The notes: generated from the sequence alone by a model not told the origin. A stretch of DNA of 62,955 bases, filler included, from Reclinomonas americana ATCC 50394 (GCA_048213135.1; 4 parts of 2 records of this genome joined end to end with filler, not necessarily neighbours in it); one strand, 5' to 3'. Positions 12,499 through 24,681 are shown, counted from the whole stretch's first letter. Numbers and translations: made by a program.

Positions 12499-13491
12499 CT
12501 ATGAGGGGGTACGCGGAGGCGGCGCCATGACAGAGGTGGTGACGGAGGGTGGTGGTGGCCGAGGTGCGTTGCCGACAAGGCGCCGAGGGGCGCGGAAGAG
12601 GACGCCGAGGCGATCGAGGCCGCGCGCCACAACCGACAATCGCACGTGGACGACACCACGCGGAGAGGTGACGATGCTGCGCACAGGGCAGACGGTGATG
12701 AGAGCAAGCATGACGACGACGACGACAACAACAACAATCGCGAAACACACCGCTGGCCACGACTCGTGCCCAGCGCCGCCACCTCCTCATTGCGCAGCTG
12801 CGGTTCCCCTCCCAGCAACATCCGCCGCAGTCGCTCTGCAATGCCACCACCGCCGGGCATCACCGGTCGCCAAGTGGCGCACTCCAGCTCATAGTTTCCC
12901 GCCTGCGTCGGCAACGGCAAGCATCCATACGCCTGAAACAAGTGCCGCCCCAGCAGATCCTCCGAATACACTCTGAACAGCAGGCGCGGCCAGTGCTCCA
13001 CCGTCTGCGTCGCAAAGTGCCACTCCAGCGGGTGCTCCCACGTAAAGAACGACGTATCCTGCACACAAAAACGCACCTGTTGAGCAGCTGCGTGGAGGCA
13101 GAGGAGAAGGAGGACAGCGGCTGACCTGCGGCAGATCAGTCTGCGTCACTCCCTCGCGATCGCCCTCCACCAACTGCCACCTCTCATCGTCCTCGACCAC
13201 CTCGCGCGAGACAACCACCATCTCCTTGGTGCTTCCCTCCCCGCGCTTGCTCTTCTGCTGCTGTTGCTCCTCTTGCTCATCTTCCACCTCTTCACCCTCC
13301 TCAGGTCTCTTCTTCAGCAGCTGCCTCCTGCTCTCCTTCTCCTCCTCACGACGCAGCCACTCGTCCTCCGCAGCCACGTGCTCCCCAGGGAAGATCAGCT
13401 GCCACTCACACCACAGTGCGCGGCACTGTGAGAAGCCACTGCAGCCGACTACACGCCCCATCATCCACACTTCACAGGCGGCCTCGCCCAT
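12499..13491 (-). CDS. B9D2: B9 domain-containing protein 2 (ciliary transition zone, MKS module)
   Basis: EVWMMGRVVGCSGFS, WQLVEGDREGVTQTDLP, WEHPLEWHFAT, WPRLLFRV, ATWRP, LLGGEPQL and GVVHVRLSVVARGLDRLGV all align with B9D2 motifs. Two introns. Confidence 0.88.
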
Positions 13492-13715
13492 CTCTCAACA
13501 ACACGACAACGATTGATATGATATGAGGGTGTTTTTCGGTGTCCTGCTATGCGCTGAACGTCAATGCGCTGAACGTGGGAGGCAGCGTGCGCGAGGTGCG
13601 TTGGGGCTGTTGTGACCACACAGCGTGGAGAGCGCGCGATCAGGAAGGCAACGGAGAAGGCACGACGTCGACAGCGTGTCCTGTCGCATCTTGTTTCCTC
13701 ACTCACTCCGTCTCA

Positions 13716-15957
13716 ATGCGCCACAGTGGCGTTGTCATTGCCGTGCTTGTCATACAGGTAAGTGTGCCTCTCACACAGAGAGCCCACACTCTCAGATACA
13801 CTCATACCAACATGATACACGATTGGTTTTGTCTATTTCTCCTCCTCTCCTTTGCTTCTCTTGCTCACCCTTTCCCTCAGGCATGCGTGTTGCTCGCGAG
13901 CGGTTTCCCGTTTGAACCCGATGGCGTGGTCAACCCGCCTCTGCACGATCAGCGATACCGCTACGCAGAGTACACGAGAGAGCGACCAGTGCGTGCTGCT
14001 CTCTTCTCCCTGTGGGTCTGTGTGTCTCTGAACACAGTTGCGCGCGCAGTTCTTTCAGTGGTGGTACTTCAACGTAAAGGACACGCAGACGCAACGGTAC
14101 TGGGCGTTTGCGTATGGGAACTCGCAGCCGGCCAAGCATGTGTCGACTGTGCGACAGGGATCGTACATGATGGCGGCGGTGGTGGACCATGCGGGGGGTG
14201 ATCGGTGGACCAAGTACGAGCACTTTGACAGTCTCGGGCAGGGTCAGGACCCGGCGTGGCAGATTGGGGGCGACTATGACTTGCACGTGTCGGGCGGCGA
14301 CTCGGCCTTCTCCATGACGGCCGTCGATGAGAACACGTATCGTATTACGGGCTCCATGAAGACGGTGTGTATACGTCGGTGGATGGCGTGTGAGTGTTCA
14401 TGCTCATGTGGTTGTTGTTGCACGCAGCCGAGTGCGTCGTGGATGACGCCGAATGCGACCGTGGCGGAGATGGAGGTCTCGTGGGATTTCACGTTGCATC
14501 GCGTGTACGGGTGGTTCGGGCAGCAGGATCTGGACTTTTTGCTCAAGGCCTCTGGGCTCATTGGTGAGGCATGGCGAGGAGGGTGGGGGAAGGAGAAGTG
14601 TGTGTGTGCTCACATGAGACTGACTGCAGGGTGGAACACGTACACGCACGATGCGGAGGTGGAGGGAACGGTGAGTGTTTCGGGGTGTTTTTTTCCTTGC
14701 GTGCGAGGATTTGCATGTGCTGACTGTGCGTCAAGATCACGTACGGCGGGAGGACCGTGCAGGTGGAGCGGTCGAGTCGCTACCGAGGTGAGATTGCAGA
14801 TGTGCCTGGGAGAGGAGTGGCTGTGGCTCACGAGAATGCGCAGCATATGGCGACATGAATTGGGGTGACTTTTTCCCGACCGGCGAGCCGTCGACCAAGT
14901 ACAACTGGGTGAGTGGGCGGAAAGAGGGGAAGGGAAGGGGGAAGGGTGACAGGATCTCGGCGTACAGCTTGCTCTTCTCTCTGTGGTCTTCCTCGTGGAC
15001 GTGGCGGCACTCTGCTCTCTCTTTCTCTCTTGTCTCTCTCTCTCTCTCTCTGTGACGTTATCCTCTGGTTAAAGTGGTATTTCCTTTTGTGGAACTTCAG
15101 CTCATCAGCCCCTTGTGACTCAGCTTCCTCCACTTTGTCATGATCTCCTTCTGTCTCCCTCTCTCTCTCTCCCCTCCCCCCACCGACTCCCTCTCCCTCT
15201 CGCCCACACAGGGCTGGTACTCGATGGTGGTGCCCAACGACGACCCCAAGAAGGACATTTCGCTCATCGCCGGCTCCGGTGCGCTGCATTTTTCGATCGC
15301 GAAGACCGATTCATGCTGGTCACTCACTCCCTTCCCGGTGCAGGCTCCACCGAGTGGGGCTTCCCGGCCTACTCCACCGACGCCAGCTTTGCGGACATTC
15401 GACTCGGCGCCGACTTCCACCTCGGCGTGAGGTGGGGCGGCTTCTGGGACTACACCAAGATGGAGTATCACCCGCTGGCCACCTCCAGCGACGGCGGCTG
15501 CCGCAACTTTACGGTGACGCGCAATTCGTGGCAGCCGCTGACCGACGCGTACGGCACCGCGAGTATTCCGATGGAGCAAGATGTGTTTGTGGAGACGGAG
15601 CACTACCAGGTGGTCATGCGGTTCCAGTCGGCCATTGACGACTACGATCGCTTGCTGTTTGCGCACCAGGACTACATTTACAGCGATTTCGAGGGACTCG
15701 GCGTTGCGGTGTGTGCCACCATCAAGCAGCGCGATTCGCCGTCGTCGCCCGTGTTCACCAAGACGGGTGAGTGGGGAGGATACACACACAGAGAGAGAGT
15801 GTGTGTGTGTGTGCAGGTGTCTTACCGCATGTCACCGACAGTGTTTGACGGGTGCTCTCAAAACGGTGGCATCGAATTCGGTTTCAAGACCAGCGTGAGT
15901 GACGAGCAGCCGAAGCTCACGGCGCCCTCCTCTGCTACAGAGCCTCATGTATTCTAA
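13716..15957 (+). CDS. Secreted tocopherol-cyclase-like / AttH-lipocalin-like beta-rich protein
   Basis: Signal-peptide-like N-terminus (MRHSGVVIAVLVIQ/ACVLLASG). Motifs FFQWWYFNVKD, VSWDFTL, HDAEVEGTV and YGDMNWGDFFP...YNW resemble tocopherol cyclase FFEGWYF and KNWG-x-x-FP. About nine exons. Confidence 0.6.
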
Positions 15958-16026
15958 GGAGGCGGGAGAGGGAGAGAGCGAGGTTGCGTATTGCGCAAAT
16001 TGTATTTTGCATCATCATCCCCTTGT

Positions 16027-17039
16027 TCAGTCCACAAAGCTGTCGGTCTCCTCGTCGTACTTGAGTGCAGTGGGATCGGCCTCCAACTGAGCACACACCA
16101 GGAGTGAGCAAGTTGCAGGAGACTCAAGAGAGTTGAGACGCGCGACGCAACACCCATGATTCGAATCATTTCACCAATCGTCGGCGTCTTGTCGCCCATG
16201 ATGGCCATGTCTCGTGCCTTGTCGCGCAGCGCCAGCAACGCCTCCTGGCTGATGCGTGTCCATTTTTCCTGCAAGACACGCTCAGTGAGTGCCACACTCA
16301 CCGAAACGCACGCAGACAAAGGAGAGAACAAACCGTCAGCTGCTCCATCTCCTCCGCATCGTGCTCCTTCTCGTACTTGAGCTTGTTCTGTATGTCCTCC
16401 TGCACCTGGTGCGTGCGCTCCCGCAGCGACGCCAGCAACTCTTCCAGCGCACTCGGATCCTCTCCCATGCCAGTCAACAGCGCCTCCAACTCTGCGTCGG
16501 TGTACGCTCTTTGCAGCGGTTTGTGGCGCTTCAGAGGCGACGGCGTGGCGGCAGCAGTGTTGCCTGAGTGTGTGAGGTGTGAGAAGGAGGACAACTCGCT
16601 GGGTGCGTGTGAGCAAGAGAGAACCATGCAACGAGTGCAGTCGCTTGCGACCTGCACTGCCTGGTGTTCGTCGAGCAACAGGCGTCGTTTCTGTCGGGGT
16701 TGAGGGCGAAGGCGCATCGCCTAGTTTCCGCGGAGGCACGAACTTGAGTCGACGTCGACCGGCGGCGGAGGCGGGTGTGGAGGCTGGTGGGCTCATCAAT
16801 GCGCCCTCAGATGATGGCTGATTGTGTGTGTGAGTCACATGGGAGAGAGAATGTGAGGGAAACAATGTCACGCACTGTCTCGGCAGCGCATGCGGCGGGA
16901 GTGCATTGTGCGGGCGATTGTGTGCTGCTCACAGACACGGGCGAGGCAGTCAGGCACACACACACACACATGCACGCACACACACATTGTTGACACACCT
17001 CTTTGTGCTGTCTTCGCCGTCCTCTGCGACGCGACTCAT
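16027..17039 (-). CDS. SFR1: Swi5-dependent recombination protein Sfr1/Mei5 family
   Basis: Disordered N-terminus with KFVPPRK, a coiled coil, then EEMEQLTEKWTRISQEALLALR...PTIGEMIRIMGLEADPTALKYDEETDSFVD*, matching the Mei5/Sfr1 C-terminal signature. Confidence 0.75.
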
Positions 17040-17150
17040 CACTGGCTCACTTGCGCTGTCCACAACAGCAACAACGCCTTCCTGCTCGTGTGGTACGCAA
17101 GCAATGCGTGAGATCATTCCGTTGCGTGAGTTTGCGTCTGTGAAGAAGAA

Positions 17151-17184
17151 GGGCGGGAAGGACGTTCCGCGAAAGTGACGTCAC
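17151..17184. promoter_or_regulatory. Putative promoter motifs upstream of SFR1: E2F-like sites and a CRE palindrome
   Basis: GGCGGGAA (17152-17159), CCGCGAAA (reverse complement TTTCGCGG, 17167-17174) and perfect palindrome GTGACGTCAC (17175-17184), 110-145 bp upstream of the predicted ATG. Confidence 0.3.
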
Positions 17185-18397
17185 CGAGCGACGCTTGCAA
17201 TACAACTTCTCTGCGGATCAGGAGAACGAGAGAGCCGGTATGCTTAAGGGAATGCGCTGTGTAGTAAAGCAAGGAGGAGCTTGCTGATCGCAGGATTCAA
17301 CTTCGCGACAGAATTGCAGGGATCGATATCGATTTGTGAATGCAGGAAGCAGCTGCAGCTGACTGCAGCTGGCGTCGAAGACTTTGGAAGAGACGAATGC
17401 GAGACAACGATGTAACGGTGGATCCGAGTCCGACGCAGCGAGCAGGGACAGCATTGACTCCTCCGGCAAATTGCTGCACGTCCTGAGACGCGTGCGACAG
17501 ACGAAGATCCTGCACTTAAACAACACGTCGCCAAGTATAACCGAGAATGCGCCTGACTCTTCTCCACAGACAAGAGGCTGCTCGGCAACGAAAACCCCAG
17601 CTGCGCACCATTCCCACTTGTTCCTTCTTTGTTCCATGTGTCGGCGGAGTTGGCGCTCCCGAGAGACAAAGGGCAGGAGGCTGCTCGCCAACTGCGCAGA
17701 TGCCCTGATGCCACGAGCACAGCAACTCCGACAGCCGGCGCCACTGAGCAGACACAACAACAAATCCATGTCTGCCGTCCGAAAGCCCTGGTTTCGGCTC
17801 CCGGGATGCCGAGAGTCCACCACGCAACTCACAGTCCACCAACCCCCCCCCCCCCAACAAGTGAGGGACGAAGCAAAACAATCAGACAGTCTGTGAATGA
17901 TCAATATAACGAGCGAGACGCGCAACGCATCTCACTTTTCGTTTTCTCGCTCTCACTTTTCTCTCTCTCTATTTCTCTCTCACAGTACACACCTACGCGC
18001 ACCTCACTCAACATTCCCATTCATTTTTCACGCACAAAAGCAAAGCACGACACAATACTCATGCGCGCACACATTTGGAACACACACACACATACACGCT
18101 GACGAGAGGAAGAGAACAAGAGAGAAGCGCACACACATTCTCTCTCTCTCTCTCTCTCTCTCCCTCAAACACACACATGCTCAGCAGCCACCCCAGCTGT
18201 TCCAGGTGCTGAGTTCGCCCGTGCAGTTGCCCCACACATAGTCGCTCTGCACGGTGGTCGGTCCAGTGCGCTCACCAGCAATGGACACCGCCGGCCCAGC
18301 CACAGTCGTCGTCGTCGTCGGCGTGCTCTCCATGATGTGCAACACAGTGTGATTCTCGCAATGGGACAGGCGGCATGACAGAACGTCGACCTTCCTC

Positions 18398-20263
18398 ATG
18401 GTGCACTCGCGTCGATCCGCGTGTACAGCATTGCAGCAGAAGCCATAATACACCGACTGTTTTGATTCGAATTATGACGGTCGACTTTGCTGCTTCCCTT
18501 CACTCGCGGACCCCACTCACACATCCACAAACGACGCTGTCCCTGCTTCTAGCCGCACGGGGACCTCCACGCTGTCGGCCACCAGCAGCGCCTCGGCGTC
18601 AAAGTCGTGCTCGCATCGCCGCTTCAGTACATCAAACGTCTCGCCCACCACCTCGGCCAGGTTGCCGCGCAGCTCGCGCACGGCGGGCGTGTCTTCGTCG
18701 ACTTTTGAGGCACTCCTGCACAGGTAATGAGTGCCGAGCTCCTCATCAACCTCCCACCACACACACCGCGCACACACCTCCAGCAGTAGCCTAATGTGTG
18801 CGCCATGGCGCACTTGATACGCGAGTCCAGCTCCATTTGCGCGTCGCGCTGTGTGGACGCGTACTCCACCATCGCGTTCTCCCACAGCCGGTGCGGCGCG
18901 GCCAGTGTGGCGTCGGGCGGGTACAGCACCTCCGGGCAGCCGACTGAGCACATGCGCCCGACCAGCGCACACAGTCGGTACTGCGAGCGCACATCGAGGA
19001 CGCCGCTGGCCAGATGATGCTGCAACTCGACGAGCATCGACTCCACCACGTACGCACGCGTCACAGAATTCAACGCCGTCACGTACAACACCATGGAGAG
19101 AGCGTGCTGCTGCTGCTGGCTGTCGTACACGCCCGATCCGTCCGGGGAACCGAGATCCACTCCTCCAGCTGCAGCTGCCGCTGTCAGTGCCGCAGCTGCT
19201 GCCGCGGCCTTCTTCGTGTGCCGATGCGAGACGGTCTTGCCGGCGAGACGCGATGGTCGAGCGTCGGCCAGGTCCGAGGCCATCGGGTACAGCACCAGGC
19301 TGGGCGAGAACACCGCGTCCGATGTCAGCGGCGACGTTGGTTCGCCCACGCGCGCCGCTCGTGCATTGTGAATGGCCAGCAGCAACGCGTCCACCTCTGC
19401 TCACCACTCGACAGCGTGAGAGAAGGAGGAGAAGGAGAAGAGAGAGTGAGGCACGCACCGTGTCGACTGCGACTGGTGTCGTTCACCAGGAAGAGCCAGA
19501 TTAATCGCGGCAAGATGCCGGCAATGAGAATGCGCGCTTCCACAATGTCGCGTGCATGCAGGTCGTACAACCACTTGCAAATCACATGCTGCAAGGTGGT
19601 GGAGAGGTGAGACACGAAGTGAGAGGAAGGAGAGCAGGGTGTGTGTGCGTGCACGCAACTCGCGTGTCTTCCGTGTCACGCAATGCACGATTGAGTGCCT
19701 CCCACACACTGGTCAGGTGGCGACACAGCGACGGCGCACCAATGAGCTGTCGCACTCGTTCGTCGGGGATCGTCTGTGGGCATGTGTGAGGGCCTCTTTG
19801 TGCTGCTCTTTAGAATACACACACACACGAACCTCCCACGACGACAAGGTTCGCGAGACGACTGCCACATCACTGGTGGCCAGTGCATCGCACAGTGCCG
19901 CCCACTCAGTGGCAGCCGCCACACCTGCTGCGCTGCTGCTGCTGCTGCCACCAAAGCCAACAGTGTGCACGGCAGCAGATGCCATTCGTTGTGTGTGCGG
20001 GACACAGGCGGGCGAGTTGTCTTCCGCGCTCCACCCGACGTCCTCTCACTGCTGGTTTCATACACAGTACTATTCATTAGTGTGGCAGCAGTAGGCGCCA
20101 CAGTTGCACGCTCAGCATTGCATCCCAGCCGGGCGTCGAGATCGCTTGGAATAAAGACGTCGAGGTTTTCGGATCCTCGGCGTTCAGCTGGTCCCAGGCC
20201 AGCAGCCGGCGATGCACGTCCACCAATCGTCGTAGTCGTCGGCACTGTGTGTTTTTTTGACAT
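18398..20263 (-). CDS. FAM126: Hyccin/FAM126 family protein (PI4KIII-alpha complex subunit)
   Basis: VICKWLYDLH...ILPRLIWLFL, TLLLAIHN, LNSVTRAYVV...LCALVGRMCSVG and FDVLKRRCEHDFDAEALLVADSV parallel the FAM126 motifs VCHQLFEFY..FLPELIWCYL, ALLLGVYN, LCQICSRICVCG and [20 protein letters not shown]. Ends approximate; an alternative last exon ends at 18181. Confidence 0.75.
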
Positions 20264-20305
20264 TAGTGAGAAGAGCGGAGGCGCGGGCGAGATCGAGTTG
20301 CGCGT

Positions 20306-21243
20306 TCAAACCAGCTGCTGCTTCGCTCTGCTCGTCGTCCACAGGTCGTCCAGCACAGCGTGCACCGCCAGCAGACTCGTCGCCACGGCACACTGTCGAC
20401 TGCGATGCACTGTGGCGCGTACCACGAATACAACGCGATGAGAGGGCGAAGTTGTCTCGTGCAAAGGCATTTGACTCACCGACGAGCCAACGACACACAA
20501 AGTCGAGCCAGCGCTCCTTTCCCGCCGCATCCTCTCTGTCGCTCTTCTGCTTGCGCTTGCTTCGCGACTGCGGTACCCACGTACGCACCGACGGGAAGTC
20601 TGCCGATGGCCCTAATCGCCGATGCTGCGCCACATGTAACCGTGTCAACGACTTGCAGGCAGGCGAAATCGCAACGAGGCCTGCTCACCGCCCGCAGCAT
20701 CATACGTCGCACCATGGCCGCCGCCCACGCAGGCACCTGCACTATTGTTGCAGCTGCAGCAGCCTCCTTGGTCGGCTCCGACTGCCGCTCCGCACGAATG
20801 GCACTCATCTGCTGCATGAGCGCGGCCAGTGGACTCTCAGGAGGTGCCGACGACAGTGGCGATGCTAATGGTGGTGGCGGTGGTGGTGGCGACACTGGCT
20901 GCGCGACAGCGGCCGTCACTGGCGCCCTGGACGCGACAACTCTTCGCAGCTCACGATTCACACGCAGCAGCATCGGATACACCACCACGTCCTCCCCATC
21001 GCCATCATCTCCCTCGCCGATCGCCATTGGTACCTGCACGCAGCCGACACGCTGTCGACGGACAGCCGCTCGCCACTTGTGCCACGCATGCGGCTGTCGC
21101 TCCCACTCGCGCAGTCGACGCACGTGCATGATCAGGCGACGCAGCAGTGGCAGCAACAGGGCACGCACGCCCACAGCACGTCGCCGCAGCAGTCGTACTG
21201 CACGAGTGGTGAGAGAGTGCACCAGCCGCTCGCGTTCTTCCAT
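20306..21243 (-). CDS. Hypothetical Arg/Pro-rich protein, three exons
   Basis: ATG at 21243 and in-frame GT-AG splicing to ...DDLWTTSRAKQQLV*. No family recognised. Confidence 0.45.
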
Positions 21244-21302
21244 GCACCAATGATCACGAAGAGCGGTCCTGTGTGTCCGCACCAGTGACGCACACGAGCG
21301 CA

Positions 21303-21788
21303 ATGAGCGAACCGCGTGCGCTGTCGCTGGTGCAGAGCATCAAGCAGGCGTACCCGGCACACTATGAGCGATTCAATGCCGAGGTGAGGGCTGCACCAGC
21401 GTAGCACATACACGCTATGTGTTCTCATCTCCCACCCTGCAGGTGTACTTCTCCTCCATGATGCTCGCCGACTGGTGGCTGGTGTGGCGACGCCATCGTC
21501 GACGCCGTGTGCAAGTGACGGCCTCCGATGATCAAGAGAGTGAGCGAGCGGTGCGCATTCCTTGATTCATCTCGTTGCTCATCGCCCTCCTCCCTCGTAG
21601 CGATGGTTGTCGAGGCGCACTATGTATCGCGACCCAAGTTCCTCGGCGATGCACTGCGCGGTCTGTACGCCCTGCTGCGGTACCAGCTGCTCGGCACCAA
21701 CCTCACGCGCGTCATTCCGTTCCGCGAGGACGGCGACGACGCGTTTGACAACCAGCAAACAGCACCAGCCTCGAGCGATATTCATTGA
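21303..21788 (+). CDS. Small hypothetical protein, three exons
   Basis: MSEPRALSLVQSIKQAYPAHYERFNAE / VYFSSMMLADWWLVW... / ...MVVEAHYVSRPKFLGDALRGLYALLRYQLLG..., joined by GT-AG introns. Confidence 0.55.
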
Positions 21789-22012
21789 TTGCCTGTTGCC
21801 CTCATTCACCCCCTGCCCATCGCTCATGGGGAGTAGACAACACCACTGCCAAACGGCGTTCCACCTCGGCTTGGCTCGGCGCCACGCAATCGAGCATCGC
21901 AGCGGAAGCAGGCCACACGATCGAACCCTCGCTCATCGGCACTATGTGCATGCAAAGTGTATGAGCAGCATCGTCGTTTCTTTCCGTGTATTCTCCTCCA
22001 CGCAACTGAGTT

Positions 22013-22112
22013 NNNNNNNNNNNNNNNNNNNNNNNNNNNNNNNNNNNNNNNNNNNNTTAATTAATTAANNNNNNNNNNNNNNNNNNNNNNNNNNNNNNNN
22101 NNNNNNNNNNNN
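22013..22112. other. Artificial scaffold linker (44N-TTAATTAATTAA-44N)
   Basis: Six-frame stop linker inside Ns; an identical structure occurs three times. Confidence 0.97.
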
Positions 22113-23399
22113 ACCGTGCAAAAGTTGCAGCAGGCGTGCGGCGTCTCACAGTACTCGCACGTGGGCGTGCAGTTGGCACACGACAGCTTGCCGCAGCACG
22201 GACACGAGTCGAACATCACCTCACTGTGCTCGGCGAGGGCACAGCTGTGACACGCTCGACAGACGTGACAGAAGCAGTTCCGGGCGCCGCACTGTGCACA
22301 CTGACTGCAAACAAAGCGACACAATCAATCAATGACGATCATTATCATTATCATCGCCAACGGTGATCGCAACTCCTGGTTTGCCATGGCACGTGAGGCG
22401 CGCATCATTACTGCAAACGTGCGTTCTGTGCATGGGCGTGTGTGAGAGGAAGAAGGGAGCAAGGAAGAATGTGTGTGAGATGAGAGAGTGATGGTGACAA
22501 GTCGCACCGTATGGTGACTGCTGGCCCTGTCGTGGTGGGGTGACGACACTGCCANNNNNNNNNNNNNNNNNNNNNNNNNNNNNNNNNNNNNNNNNNNNNN
22601 NNNNNNNNNNNNNNNNNNNNNNNNNNNNNNNNNNNNNNNNNNNNNNNNNNNNNNNNNNNNNNNNNNNNNNNNNNNNNNNNNNNNNNNNNNNNNNNNNNNN
22701 NNNNNNNNNNNNNNNNNNNNNNNNNNNNNNNNNNNNNNNNNNNNNNNNNNNNNNNNNNNNNNNNNNNNNNNNNNNNNNNNNNNNNNNNNNNNNNNNNNNN
22801 NNNNNNNNNNNNNNNNNNNNNNNNNNNNNNNNNNNNNNNNNNNNNNNNNNNNNNNNNNNNNNNNNNNNNNNNNNNNNNNNNNNNNNNNNNNNNNNNNNNN
22901 NNNNNNNNNNNNNNNNNNNNNNNNNNNNNNNNNNNNNNNNNNNNNNNNNNNNNNNNNNNNNNNNNNNNNNNNNNNNNNNNNNNNNNNNNNNNNNNNNNNN
23001 NNNNNNNNNNNNNNNNNNNNNNNNNNNNNNNNNNNNNNNNNNNNNNNNNNNNNNNNNNNNNNNNNNNNNNNNNNNNNNNNNNNNNNNNNNNNNNNNNNNN
23101 NNNNNNNNNNNNNNNNNNNNNNNNNNNNNNNNNNNNNNNNNNNNNNNNNNNNNNNNNNNNNNNNNNNNNNNNNNNNNNNNNNNNNNNNNNNNNNNNNNNN
23201 NNNNNNNNNNNNNNNNNNNNNNNNNNNNNNNNNNNNNNNNNNNNNNNNNNNNNNNNNNNNNNNNNNNNNNNNNNNNNNNNNNNNNNNNNNNNNNNNNNNN
23301 NNNNNNNNNNNNNNNNNNNNNNNNNNNNNNNCTTCCCGACGCGGCCGTGTCGAGCAACTCCACATCGTCCACCGGAGCACTTCGCTTGCCACCAAACAT
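22113..23399 (-). CDS. Cys-rich (repeated CxxC) putative zinc-binding protein, partial
   Basis: Probable start MFGGKRSAPVDDVELL at 23399, then a gap, then exon CAQCGARNCFCHVCRACHSC...CPCCGKLSCANCTPTCEYCETPHACCNFC. Linkage across the gap is inferred. Confidence 0.5.
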
Positions 23400-23502
23400 C
23401 GTCGATCGACTGTCCAGCGCCAAGTCGACGTCGACGATCACCCATTGTCCCCCGTCGCGTTTTTTCTTTGTGCTCGTCGGTGAGAGCGAAGACAGCACTG
23501 CT

Positions 23503-23859
23503 ATGTTCGAGGGCTGGTCGCAGTCGGAGATCGAGCGTTATCACGCGCTGCAGAGTGGTGAGCACGTGGTGGCGAATCGATCGCGAGACAAGCGACTGAT
23601 CGCCTGGGCCGAGGAGAACGGCTGCTACGTGTACGTGGGCCGCCCGAGTGCACTGGGCAATCCGCACAAGATGGGCCGCGATGGCAAAGACGAGTCGATG
23701 CGCGACGAGGTGTGCGACAAGTTCGAGGCCGATCTCGCGACGGACGATGAGCTCCGCGCGACGGCACTGGAGGCGCTGGCAGGCGGTCCGAAAGTGCTCG
23801 GCTGCTTCTGCTACCCGCGACGCTGCCACGCACTGTCGCTGGCCAACTTGCATCCCTGA
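23503..23859 (+). CDS. DUF4326 domain protein, intronless (118 aa)
   Basis: YVYVGRPSALGNPH...RDEVCDKF...KVLGCFCYPRRCHALSL matches the DUF4326 consensus VYIGRPSxWGNPF...GKxLGCWCxPxxCHGDVL. Confidence 0.88.
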   Translation: MFEGWSQSEIERYHALQSGEHVVANRSRDKRLIAWAEENGCYVYVGRPSALGNPHKMGRDGKDESMRDEVCDKFEADLATDDELRATALEALAGGPKVLGCFCYPRRCHALSLANLHP

Positions 23860-23888
23860 GTAAAAACGCGTCTATTTGCAGTCACCCT

Positions 23889-24681
23889 TTACTCGCCACC
23901 TCCTCCACCACTGCCACTGCCTGGTGCCTGTGGTTCGACGCTGGGCGATCCACTTGATAACGACGACAATGCCGACCGAGTGTCAGGCCAGTAATTCTCA
24001 CCATACGACACCAGCACCTCGTCGCCGCTGCGGATCGCTCGCGTGGCGACCACCATGGCTCTCCGCAGACCGGCCACCGTGCACCGCGAGAAGCGACAGT
24101 TGGCGTGATCGGCGATGCCACGATAGTCGTTGATGAAGCGCATCTCGTTGCCACACTCGATGGCGTCCAACCCAATCGCCTGCTCCACGGGAATGTCGTC
24201 CTCGACCACCAGCACGTACGGACCCGTCACCTCCGGCGGCACCACCTGTCCACCGTGTGAGAATTGGGGAGGAGGCATCGACGCATGACTACAACTAGCA
24301 CACCATGCCCAGGTACTCGCCCAGGATCTGCAACAGGCACACATCGTGAGCAACGACGACTGGCATGCACGATCATCAGTCATCATCGCGTTAACATACC
24401 TCTCCTGCTTCCCAGTCACGCGTGGCAAACAAGCCGAGCTCGCCACAGCACGGATGACCCACATCCATCACCTACGCGCACACAACACTCAGCCAGGCGG
24501 AGGAGAAGAGAGAAAGAGAGAGAGCGCGCGCAACTGTGTGGACCTCGACTCCCCGCTTGTGCACATGCTCCGCAGTGACCTGCACATGCCGTCGTCGCGT
24601 CTCCTCGTCCTGGTGCACCAGGTCACTGAGGAAACGCACGCCAGAGGGCCACAGACCACTGGGAACGTCGCCTTCTGCCAT
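23889..24681 (-). CDS. Small SET-domain lysine methyltransferase
   Basis: Spliced protein contains HPCCGELGLFATRDWEAGEILGEYLG, GNEMRFINDYRGI...NCRF and ATRAIRSGDEVLVSYGENYW (SET motifs I-IV). Three introns. Confidence 0.88.

Noticed and set aside
17190-17925. Overlapping ORFs of 170-235 aa on both strands
   Set aside because: No motifs, no convincing splice pattern and unusual composition; cannot be supported as coding.
22057-22068. TTAATTAATTAA motif occurring three times (also 52915 and 57665) as a biological repeat or piggyBac TTAA site
   Set aside because: It is always centred in exactly 44+44 Ns and is a six-frame stop linker. Gene adjacency across it is not evidence of linkage.
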